A stretch of DNA of 64,000 bases from Lama glama (Eukaryota), in NCBI GenBank assembly GCA_028534125.1, contig CM052829.1, positions 55,118,001 to 55,182,000 on the forward strand. Reading direction: 5' to 3'. How positions within the stretch are numbered: position 1 is the stretch's first letter; each line of letters starts with the position of its first letter. This document shows positions 26,465 through 37,458 of this stretch, in pieces. Below the pieces are notes generated by a model. It saw only the letters and a program-made list of their open reading frames with translations. It made no database searches and was not told where the DNA came from. The translations under genes and the position numbers were made by a program.

Positions 26465-26687
26465 ATAAAACTCTGACCTCCATGGGCCTGCCTGTCTGTG
26501 GTCCTTTCTTTGCGTTTGGTGGGAGCTGAGCTGCGCACTGCAGGGAGTTCAGCTGCATTCTTGGATTTCTGTCTGTCTATACCAGTGGCAAACCCACCGC
26601 CCGGGCTGTGACAACCAGAAAGGTCTCCTGAAGCTGCTTAGTGTCGGGGGGGAGTAAAGTCCACCCATGGTTGATTGAGAACCACCG
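26465..26687 (-). mobile_element. MER20 hAT-Charlie element
   Basis: 'tgtgacaaccagaaaggtctcc...ttgagaaccaccg' matches the reverse complement of the MER20 5' half. Confidence 0.75.
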
Positions 26688-29039
26688 TTTTAGAGGAGCC
26701 ACACAATTTTATAGACACTCAATCTTCATCTGTAGGGAAAAGTGGGTCCCACATTTCAGTGTCAGTTTCTCTTCGTCATAACTGGTCTCTTCATTCCACA
26801 AAAGATGCTGCTCCCCAGACCCAAGAAAATGGGGGCCTGGGTGAGGAATGGGATCGCCAGAGGCAGGGCACCACCTGTACTTTCCGGCCCAAACCGGGGG
26901 CAGACAGACTCCAGGAAGACACCTGGATTACGGGGTAGGCGGTGGCCTGCCTGCTTCCCCCCCTGGCTTGACGGCAACACCCAGAGCTGTAGTCACTCTG
27001 ACCCCTGCTCTCCATGCGTGGAGACAGTCTTCGCTGGGAAGGGGGCACTGAACTCCGTCAGCCACTCATGAAGGCCAGGAGCGGGAGGGAGGGAGGTGTC
27101 AGCCTAAGAGGACCCTCACTGCTTCAGGGATTTCTGTCCCCTCCCAGGAATACCAACGGTCTCCAAGCCACTGGGTCCAAGGCCAAGGTGAGGTGAGAGA
27201 GATGAGGAGAGAGTATCCACCAAAATAGCCCCAATTTACATCTGCATCTTAGGGTGTGCACGCTGAATTTAAAAGAGAAAAAAGATTAACGATGCTTTGG
27301 TTCCTCAAAGCCTCATAGAGTCAACAAAGTCCATGATCCGTCCTCAGCTTCACTCACTGGAAAAATAAATTTCTCAGTGCTCCCGAAGGGAACACAATTC
27401 GGGATGATGATGAAAAACTAACCAAACTTGCCGTAGAGAGATGCAGGAGCCAGGTCAACACTTTGTTTCTATACATATAAGGTGAGCACCATGCCTGTCA
27501 GGGCCTAAATATCTGTATCTGCTCTCCAGGCAAACCTCTTTCTTTTTATCAAAGTTCCTAAAGTTTCGTCAATACACAAATTCTTTTAACAAATTTATTT
27601 AATGAATTTTTACTGAGTGACTACGTACCAGGGTCTCTGCAAATCAGACGGACTGATTCCTGCCCTCTTGGAAGGTACAATCTGGTCAAATGAATGATTA
27701 TAAGTTCCTTGTTGGCTAGTAAATCAGAGGAAAGTGTATGAAATGGTATTAGGAAGGCATTCAAGGTAGAGAAAATGCTTATAAGCTATTTTAAAACCAC
27801 AACAGAAGAGAAATCTCGTATCTCTCTCTGAAACATGATGTTTAAGCTCTAATAAATTCCAGCTTCAACACGTACTTGCTTATGAATAAAGGCAGATGAT
27901 CATGGCTCCCCAAGTGGCTGCTTCTGCTTTCGTAAAATGAGGTATAAGCACCTTTTTCTGTCCTCCGCAGTGCAAGGTGGTTATGAAGAAAACACACGCA
28001 TGGGTCCTTGGTCCTGACGAAGGGGCTGGTGGTCGTGGTGGCTGTGGTCAGAGCAGATGCTTGCATTCTGTTTCATTCCATTCAGTGAATGGTTTTTAGG
28101 GACCTACTCTGTCTCCAGCCCTCACTTAAGAGAAGGAAACAGGGTTTGTGTAAATATTGCAGGTCAGCCTGGATTTCTGTCAGTCTGCCGATGTGAAAAA
28201 TGGGAACAATTTGTCTAAAAGATCATTTATTCAAGAGAGGTCTATCGAGAGCCTTGGTGTACCCGGAACTACAGGTCTGTTTACAGAAGTGAAAATGGAA
28301 GAGCTGGGAATCATTTCCGTGGCTCCAATAACAAGCCTTCCTCCTGCTGCCTGGCTGCTGCGGGTTAGTTGGTTACGGTTGATAAATTGCTAAGTACATG
28401 TAAAGTTCTGTCACATTATTAATTCAGTTGTCCTTCACTGAATTAAGAGTACGAGGAGGGAAGAGGGGGAGGAAAGCCGATCAGACTGCTCATCCACTAG
28501 AATAAGCAGAGAAAATGCTTAAAACAAACAAAAATAAAGCCCCTTCTCCTCTCATATCCTGTTTCTAAATCAAAGAGTTATTATTAAACTTCAGAAAGTC
28601 TTGCATAGGAGACTATATTAAATTTCAAAGATCCATTAAGTGCCATTTTGCTGCAGTGAAAGACAAGGTAGAAAGGACTAACTCAAGAAGGAAAAACAAA
28701 TTCCGAAACAGAAATTTATTTTAAAGGCCATTTTTTCTCAAGAAACAGCTGAGAACCTTTCCTTAGGAAGCAGTGGCTGGATTTCGCCAAGGTCATTTTC
28801 TGTCCTTAGTGTTCAGAGTCAGAGGAGTCAGCTTCGCCTTCCAAAGGACATGGTTAAGTCATGATGATCTGAAGACGTGTCACACTGTTTATTCTCTCTC
28901 TTTACCAACTGCCTCAGCCTCCTGTCTAAATATCATGCTTCCCTTGTAAATTTACAACCAGCTTCTGTCAAGTTGTCACAGGAGAAGGATGACATGGGAC
29001 ATAAAGGGGGCCATAGACCATGCTTTACTTCCTGCACTG

Positions 29040-29203
29040 CGGTGGTCCTCAGCTAGGGGCAGGTTTGCTCCTCAGGAGACATCTGGTAATGTCTGGAGTC
29101 ATTTTTGGTTGTCACTGCTTGGAGCTGGGAGTAACACTAGCATCTAGGCAGTCGGGGCCAGTGCTGCTAAACACTCTGAAATGCCCAAGGCTGAGAATCC
29201 CTG
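29040..29203 (+). mobile_element. MER20 with internal deletion
   Basis: 'ggagacatctggtaatgtctggagtcatttttggttgtcac...tgctgctaaaca...ccaaggctgagaatccctg'. Confidence 0.85.
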
Positions 29204-31004
29204 TGGTGCCGTGAGTCTCTGATTTTCCACCCCAAGCGCTGCCCTCTTGACAATGAACTCCTGTTGACAGTGGCACGCGCCACTGAGTGTCAGAGAGCCA
29301 CAATTCCAGTCAGTTCGTTACCTGCTCCCCAACCCCCGTCACCCCATTTTTCCTTCTTTGTTCATCCTGAGTGGAGGCACAAGTACCCGCACACGGATGT
29401 CTTAGAGCCACCAGCTGACAGAAAGGAAGGGAGGAATGCTGCCGTCATCACGCTGGGCAATCGAATTTCAGCATTTTGCGTGGCTTTCTTACAGCCTCAC
29501 TCTGCCAGGCATCGGGTTGCTGAAAAACAAGTCCCAGCGGAATGTGCTCAAAAATATCTCATCGTGAGAGAGGAATCACAGAGGACTGGATGAGGTAATA
29601 TTGATCGCCTGTTAGTAAAGAGAATAAGAATGCCCGCCAAAGAATTAAACCCAAGAGCAGGAGATGAAGAGGAAATGATGAGAGGGCTGATACGGTAAAT
29701 AAAGACGTCAACTCGAGTGACAGGGGGACTGAGGGGCCATGTCTGCATCTGGCGCAGTTACAGTCATCTCTTCTAGGATGGTACACATTTTCTCCTGCCA
29801 CTTGACTCGACACACCACACTTTTCTGTCTGATTGTCTTTATTTTCGTGTTATCTACATGCTGCCATCAAGCAACGTGGTCTGAGCCTGAACCAAGCCTT
29901 GCTACCTCCTTTTGGTTCCCTGAGAAGGTTTTTATTTCTCTGCTCTGAATTCCATGTAGTCAAATAAATGCTTTCATCATAGATCATGTTTGTTAATGAG
30001 GAGAGAGGCCTACCCCAATCATCTCAGTGAATTCTCTGCTGCTCGATTCAGTGTATTTAATACTCAGATGTTTTTAGCTGCTTTGCCTCTGAGGAGTAGT
30101 ATTTAGAGGCAATTTCCAAGTGTACCCCAAGTCTCTCTCCTTTTCAGTACATTTCTGCCAGCCGGTGTGTCTCCATCCAATGACTTGTTGATATTGTCAA
30201 GGAGGGGCAAGGGGCCAGTGCATCTCAGGTTTATTTACAGCTGAGTACATCTCTGAGCTCTCAGAGCCTGAAGCAAAAGCAGGACCAAGCGTTTGAGCAT
30301 CAGCCTCCTTTGTTCTGATAGCTTTCTTGGGTTAACCATCCTCACAATCAAATCATCACCACAAAAACATCTCGTGTGCGTGGAGTTACTGAGAGTTTAG
30401 CAGACACTCTCCCGTGATGATTCACGCTTCAAAGCTCCAGGGTGTAAAAGGAGAACTTCAGAATAAATCTTTTCTGAGGACCTTGACTTAGGGGGACTGG
30501 GATCTGAACTCACCTCCGGGACATCTCTCCTTTTGCCTCTCAGGCACTGCTGGAGCTCTCCCCTCTCCCCTTGGCCTGATGGCCGAGCCTCGGGCCTGAC
30601 CCGACCGGTCTGCTCCGTGCTGGTAGCCGTGGGCACGAGTCCCCTGTTGGCACGTGCGGAGTTCTCCATCCGTCTGTGACTTGCCCCGAGGCGGTCACGT
30701 TGTTTTCGCCGTCTTTTCCCCGATGGCGTATAAATCAACTTCACGGGATAAGTACCAGGTGCAAACTTTGCAGTCACCCCTGAGTTTCACCTCCTTTCTT
30801 TCTGTCATCGTTACTAATCGCCAGATAACAACAAACGCTTGTGTTTATCGTAAAGCAGGCTTCTAGACCTTCCGCTAGAAGGAAAGCCCTTAAAACAGTC
30901 ACAGCCTAAACAAAGATTGTGTGGCAAAATGCTAGCTCCTGTCAGTGTTTTACATGTTCCCTGTTTTTTGCCAGCATATTTACCTGTGGCACTTCCGTGC
31001 GATC

Positions 31005-31073
31005 TTTTTATTGTTATTGTTGAAGTACAGTAGGTTTACAATGTTGTGTTAACTTCTGGGGTATAGCATAATG

Positions 31074-31116
<43 letters not shown>

Positions 31117-31226
31117 TTCATATTCTTTTTCATTGTGGGTTACTACAAGCCATTGAATATACTTCCCTGTGCTATACAGTAGAACCTTGTTATTTATGTT
31201 ATTTATCCATTTTATAGACAAGTAGT
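31005..31226 (-). mobile_element. Short 5'-truncated younger L1 with internal (TA)n (31077-31111)
   Basis: 'tgaagtacagt..gtttacaatgttgtgtt...ttccctgtgctatacagtaga'. Degenerate flanking repeat gtgc(ga/ag)tcttt. Confidence 0.85.
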
Positions 31227-33832
31227 CAGTGCAGTCTTTATTAAATCACTCTTACCCCTGGAATTGTTTTGAGGAATGGGATGGTTCGACCTGGATGAAG
31301 CCAGGGATATTTGGCCCCTGTTTTTCCTTCTGTTTTCTGAATATAGAGAGCGGTACATCTAATGTACCACAATGGTGGATTCGGGGAAGGGATGCCACCC
31401 TCAGCCCTTAAAGCCATCACAAGCAAATAGCACAGCAAAAGCTGCACTGCTGACAGCAGTGGAGGAACGAACCACATATAGCTGTTTCATGGCATTTTCA
31501 TCTTTTTTTTTACTGGATGTTCATGGTTGGTAATTTGAGAAAGAAAGAAAAATCTCTTGGGAAAGGATAACTTCTCTGTCTCCTCTGTCTTCTGATGATG
31601 TTAAAATGCATGTGTGGACAAGGTAGCAGGCAGGCTGCCCTCTGGACCCATGAAGGAACACACAACAGGACCCAGGCTGCTGGGGAACGCTGACAGAGCT
31701 CTGGGAACAGGGAAGTCCATTAAAAATGTAAAATAAATGCGACGGTTGCTCGTGGTTGTCTTTGGGGCATTTTGCCTTAGACCTCGAATGTGTTGGAAAA
31801 CAGTACTGCAAATGCCATAATTATTTTAAGACAGAAAATGATTTAAATTGGCTAATGAATGCAGATCCTGACACCAGTCTGCATAAATCTGGATTTATTA
31901 GGACGTTCTCGCAGGGGAGGGGGTGAGTCTCGGAAACAGCTCTATTCATCAGCAGCAGCATCTGCATTTTCTTCTCCTCGGCCCTTTCAGAGACAGAATG
32001 TCCTAAACTGCGTGATCATCTAGAGGCAAAATACACCTTCGCGTGCGTTGGTTCCAGTAATTCCCGTAACTGGTTTGTGTGGCTGTTGTCTTCCCTGCCT
32101 TAGCCATGTTTCACCTAGGAGGAAACTGCACTCACAGAGGTTAACTGTCTTGCATGAGATCACACAGCTGGGCACAGTTGCTTGAACCTAGGGCCTCCGT
32201 TTTCAAATCCTCCCTCTGCTATTTATGCCAGCGGAATATTCCCAGTTAGCAGATTAATCTCAAGTGATTGGTCCTGTTCGAAGGGAGACTTTCTTTTTCT
32301 TCAGCTGGGTGTCTAGCAGTTTCCAGGAATAAAAGAGAATCTGTGTAGAAGAGCAGCTCTGTACATAGAAGCTTTTGCTGATTCATCAATGTGCCGGATC
32401 AGTTTTTGCCAAGGACGCTCTTTCTGGCCTCCCTTTCCCTCTCCAGCCATTTTACTGGCAAACTGACCTTGCCATGGTTTTAAAGCTGCCATTGGCCGTC
32501 ATCGCCCTCCAAGGGCAACAGGTGAACATAATGGAATTCCACAGCGGCCGTCTCAGTCTGCGGCTTCCTGAGTGCAAAGCTATCTCGGCCCACCTCTTTG
32601 TTTTCCGAGAATCCTTGTGTTATTATCGTTGTTATTATTTCCTAGTAGAGGGTGGAGATTGCAGCTATTTGAGACAGTGCCCCCAAAACTATTTTCTCCC
32701 ATTTCATGATCTTTCACCTTATCCGTTAGCACTTACTGAGCACTTGCTCATGTGCGATACTAAATAAACTTTGGAGTCTGTTCTATCCCGGGACTGGAGC
32801 TCTGGGATTGATGCTGGTTAGAAGGAGGTAAAACTGTAAACTGAGGAAGGAGACAAGGTGCCATGAATTCTGGGGACCAGCATGAGATTACAGCCCCAAC
32901 TTCTGAGCAAGATGCCCCCAAGAAGAGCTTGGCCGCCAACTACGGCCTGGCTGGCTCTGATCCTTCCGATCCTACCTAGCGAAACCGCAGGCGATGATCA
33001 GCTCTGTCATTTGGGGAAGGTTGCATTCATCCTATCTTTTGTCCCGGAGGGCAGGTAGTGAAGAACATCGGGAAACTAAGTGACGCCCAGTTTCATACCA
33101 GAGGGAGCTTCACATCGCCTGTATCCCAGGGAGAAAAATCTCTGTCAGTCCACTCTCTGCCTGATTTTTCTGGGACCTGCACACACGCCTGTTATTCCTG
33201 GTTTTTTCTCCAGCACCATCTCATGCAGGAGGGAAGATCTGGTCTTCATTAACTCCCCGGGGGGCCTGGGCCTTAGGCAGGTCTGAGAGATGAGAGAGGG
33301 ACTCAGATTTCTGCAAAAAGAATGAGCCTCCCTTATCCAAGCAACCCATGCAAGGAAGTCCTAGCACTGTACCCATTCGTGGAATTGTAGATGCCGAATG
33401 CTTAATTGTTTCATCTCCCCCCTTCATTTAAAAATTATTTTGTTTCCTAGGTCAGCTGGGATTTGTATTTTAACCCCCAGGTTATATCTGTCCAACTCCC
33501 CAGTATGAGTGGAATTTTGTTAGAGAGATTCACTGATACAGAGAGATTCAGTAACTGATGAGAGATACTGATTGACTGATTGACAAAGCGCAATAAATGC
33601 CATGTGGAATAAAGAAAGTCACACCTAGGTACCCATCATGAAACTGAAGACCATCAAAGACAAAAACAAACTAACATGCAGGCAAAAAAGACACACAGAC
33701 ACTGCACACCTCCAGGGACTCCCAACTAGAGTGCAAATGGGCCCCTGGAGTTGTGACAGGTGGGAGCACTGATCGAGCTGATAGCTGATTTCTTAACAGC
33801 AATACAGGGCATAACAAGTGGTAGTGGGCACA

Positions 33833-34023
33833 GGGGTGAGTACAGCTCAGTGGCAGAGTGGGTGCTTAGCATGCACGAGGTCCTAGGTTCGATCCCCAGT
33901 ACCCCCATTAAAAAATTAATAAATAAGTAAACTTAATTACCACCCCCCCAAAAAAGCCCAAAATAAAATAGTTGCTTAAATAAAACTATAAATTAAAAAA
34001 ACATTTTAATTACTCCCCCCCAA
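33833..34023 (+). mobile_element. Camelid tRNA-Ala-derived SINE, long form with duplicated 3' motif
   Basis: cagctcagtgg...gtgcttagcatgcacgaggtcctaggttcgatcccc. TSD aagtggt(a/g)g(t/g)gggca at 33816-33830 and 34024-34038. Confidence 0.9.
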
Positions 34024-34088
34024 AAGTGGTGGGGGGCAAAAACCTACTTTGAGGTATGAGGACATCAGAGACAGTGCTAATGGGTGAC

Positions 34089-34408
34089 GGGGGGCTGATC
34101 CAGGATGGGGGGCATGAGGCTTGTAAAATTTGGGGACCTTCTTTATAAAAAAGTACAAAATTACAAATAGAAAATAAATATGAGGCTTTGGATGAGGCTT
34201 GTTCAAGAGAGACGCCCTGAGGGGGGAGGGTGCAGCTCAGTGGCAGAGCGCATGCTTAGCATGCACAAGGCCCTGGGTTCCATCCCCAGTGCCTCTATTA
34301 AAGTAAATATAAATAAATCTAATTACCTGTCCCATTTTTTAAAAAAAAAAAAACAAAAGAGACCCTAAAGTCTGAGCTTTGTTAGCATCAAGGTAAATCC
34401 ACCTCTGT
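34089..34408 (+). mobile_element. MER53-like hAT element interrupted by a SINE
   Basis: 'gggggctgatccagg...aatttggggaccttcttt...acaaaattacaaata' and 3' end 'ggtaaatccacctctg'. Confidence 0.65.
34221..34355 (+). mobile_element. Camelid tRNA-Ala-derived SINE, long form
   Basis: ggggggagggtgcagctcagtggcagagcgcatgcttagcatgcac...aaataaatctaattacct plus A tail. Imperfect TSD aagagac..ccct. Confidence 0.9.
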
Positions 34409-35973
34409 TGGTACAACACATTTTTGCTTTCCAGCATCCAAGCTCTTTTCCTCCAAAGTCAGTCTTTTCCCGACATGGGCAGCAAAATGCCTTGCTCGTC
34501 CTGGGCCTGGCACTGGAAAGCTGACCCAGTGCTCGCTAATACCCCATCCTAGTTCAGAGATCTTCTGAGCCAGAGCAAAGAAGACTCTCAATCCTGGGTC
34601 TCCATCACACCATAGGAGCCTAAAAGCCAGTGGGGTTCAGAAGTCCTGAACAAATGTATAAAACGTTAGTAAACATACATACATATTTACTCGAGGTTTG
34701 TGCATGCCTGTGTACCCCATTTGGTCTATCCTGTGTCACTTTTCATGTTAAAAGGGAGTCGCTTTGTTCTTCTCCTACATCTGCATCCCCACTGCCTTCT
34801 GCCTTCATCCAGGCCTCATCACTTCCCAGCATCCCGGCTTGTCTCACCACCCTCATTCCCGCTTATACTCGGCACCCAAAGTTACCATCCATAAAACCAG
34901 TCACGACAAGCTTTCCTCAAGCACTAGCCAAGGGGTATGGTCAAGGTGCAAGACGATATATCTCAACCCCTGTAAATTTCTCCCTCTGGTTCCAAAGATG
35001 GGACAGTACCTGGAGCATCTCCCTCTTTCTTCATTGCCAGTAGCTCCCCAGGGGCCAGCACGGCACTGGGAGCTCCTGAAGAACATGCCTGTTTCCCAGA
35101 GAATCCGCACCTGCTGCTGCTGTTGTAGCCAAGCAAGCCACACCTCAGTGGAGCCCCCCAGTGGGAGGTGCAGGAGACACAGCCCAGCCCCCAAGAGAGG
35201 CCCGGGAGGCTCACCCTAAGCGAGTGCAGAATTGCCTCATGGGTGCACCCTGGTCACTCACTGTCAAGCAGAGCCCCGCCCTGTGCAGCCCCAGGAAGCT
35301 GCCCTTTGCTCTCCGTGTCTAACTCTTCCGCTGCACCTACTATCCTTCCTTCTCACACACGGCTTCGGGGCGCTGTGGACTACGGGGGCCAGTTGCCTCT
35401 GCCTCCCATTTTCTCCTAAATTCATTTTCCCCATGCCAGTCCTCTCATCTGAGAATCCAATGCCTCCCTTTTTCCAGAGAGAGTGAAGTCTCTCCTTTTA
35501 AACTAATTGGACTGGGTTTCCTCCAGCCCAAGCGGTAGCTTCTGCAAGATCATGGATACCCTGGACATTTGAAAGAAATTTCCTCCATGATCGGTTAATG
35601 TTATGCATCTCTTAATATAAGATCTTTATTCAAGAACCCACGGACATGGATTAATTTAGAAAATGAGCTGCTCTGACTCACTTTGAAGACCCCCTACTCA
35701 GACGGCACCCTCCCCTTCCACTCCTACCTCCCGGAACTCCTGGTCAAACTGGCAGCTCAACATCCCCACCTGCTCCTCTCTCTTCTTAGGCCGTCTCCTT
35801 CCTAGAATTGCTCCTCGGTTTCCCCGAAGCCCGTCTCCTCTGAGCAAAACCCTCTCCATCCACCCCAAGGCTTCTCTATTCCTCAGAGGTTCCCTGACCC
35901 TCTAGCCCACCTTGACCTTGCCTTTACTCCTGAAGCATCTGCAGTCCCTGTTGTAAAATATGTTACTTTGCAA

Positions 35974-36120
35974 CTGTGGTTCTCAACCCTGACTGGTGGG
36001 TATTTTTCAATAATACATATACTCGGTCTCCTACCCCTGGAAATTCTTATTCTGGAGAATTTGGAGCTTTTGAAAGCTCCCTGGGTAATTCTGATGTGCA
36101 ACCAAGGATGAGAAACACAG
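35974..36120. mobile_element. MER5A-like MITE
   Basis: 'gtggttctcaaccctg...aaagctccctgggtaattctgatgtgcaacca...tgagaaacacag'. Confidence 0.7.
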
Positions 36121-36699
36121 CTTGAGAAACACGCTATCTGGTGATTTTATGTAATTGCCTTTTATGTCGAAGTCTTGTTTCCCCCCAAAGACTGTAAATT
36201 TATTGAATACAGAAGCTATAGCTAGCTTCCACATTTTTTCTGTTCCCTCCACATAGTCTTGTCTACCAGACATAAGTACGTGTCAGTGACAACTTAAATG
36301 ATGGACTGATTGATTTAGCACAACACCAAGCTTGGATTCCAAGCTCTTGGATAGGAAGGAGGAAACCTGAGGTCTGTTCCTCACTCCAACTTGCAAGCCA
36401 CTATCCTCTCTGGATTTCTGCTTCCTCATTTGTAAAATGAGGGTGATAATTAGGTTTTCAAACTACTGGGAGCTTAAAGGAAACAGTAAAAGCTTATGAG
36501 TTAGTTTCAGTATTTCAAAAAGCCATTGAAAGCTATGGATTGCACATCAATTTACAGATTAGTAATGTATCAAAATACATGTTGATGAATGATGGGTGAG
36601 GAAGAATAATTAAAGGAATCTTTAGTTTAAAAGTACTTTGAAAATGATAGGATTCCATGATTTCATTTGCTCAGTATTTATGATCCAGATCCCTGGGGA

Positions 36700-36930
36700 G
36701 AGAGAATAGAACAGAGTATAGTAAGAAATTTGGGTTCAAATCCCAACCCCAGCCACTCACAAGCTGTGTTAACTTGAGCAAGTTCTTTCCCTCTCTGAGC
36801 CTGTTCCTTCATCTGAAAAACAGACATATTGGTAATAGCTGTTCTGTAGAGCTGTTATAAGGATAAATAAATTGATACATGGAAAGCCTTTAATGCACTG
36901 CCTGGCACATAGCAAGTGCTCAATAAATAT
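36700..36930 (+). mobile_element. MIR SINE
   Basis: 'tgggttcaaatccca...cttgagcaag...ctctctgagcctgttccttcatctg...gcctggcacatagcaagtgctcaataaat'. Confidence 0.85.
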
Positions 36931-36948
36931 ACTCAAGAATATGCTTGG

Positions 36949-37458
36949 TGTGCTAATCTGCTCAGGCTGCCATTAAAAAATACCATAGAGTGGATGGCTT
37001 AAACTACGGACATTTAAATCTCACAGTTCTGGAAGCTGGAAGTCCAAGATCAAGGTCTCTATGAATTCGGTCCCTCGTGAGAGTTGTCTTCCAGGCTTTT
37101 AGATGGTTTCCTTCTTCCTGCATGACCACATGACCTTTCCTCTGTGTGTGAGCAAGGAAAGAGACAGCAAATGAGCTCTCTGGTGTTTCTTTTTTATTTG
37201 TTTATTAGTAGAGGTACTGGGGCTTGAACCCAGGACCTCGTGTATGCTAAACACACACTCTACCACTGAGCTATATCCTCCACCCCCTGGTGTTTCTTCT
37301 TTCAAGGACACTAATCCTATTGGATAGGGGCCCCACCATTATGACCTCATTTGATGTTCATTACTTCCTTAGAGGCTCCATCTTCACTCTCACTGAAACC
37401 ACACTGGGGTTCAACATATGAACTTAAGGAGGGGAAAACAAGCTTTTCATTCATAACA
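36949..37458 (-). mobile_element. MLT1A-like (ERVL-MaLR) solo LTR interrupted by a SINE
   Basis: 'ctcacagttctggaagctggaagtccaagatcaagg', 'aaggacactaatcctatt', 'ttcaacatatgaa', end 'cataaca'. Confidence 0.85.
37192..37286 (-). mobile_element. Camelid tRNA-Ala-derived SINE, short form
   Basis: gaggtactggggcttgaacccaggacctcg...ctaccactgagctata. Exact TSD ctggtgtttctt at 37180-37191 and 37287-37298. Confidence 0.92.

Noticed and set aside
29495-29594. 100-nt + strand exon candidate (ttcttacag ... GAG|GTAATA)
   Set aside because: Stops in all three frames and a weak donor.
30397-30777. 126-aa - strand ORF
   Set aside because: Non-ATG start and no recognisable domain. Openness is expected from high GC.
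33833-33908. tRNA-Ala(AGC)-like sequences (six copies) as real tRNA genes
   Set aside because: They have extra 5' G-runs, A-rich tails, TSDs and disrupted stems, so they are SINE copies.
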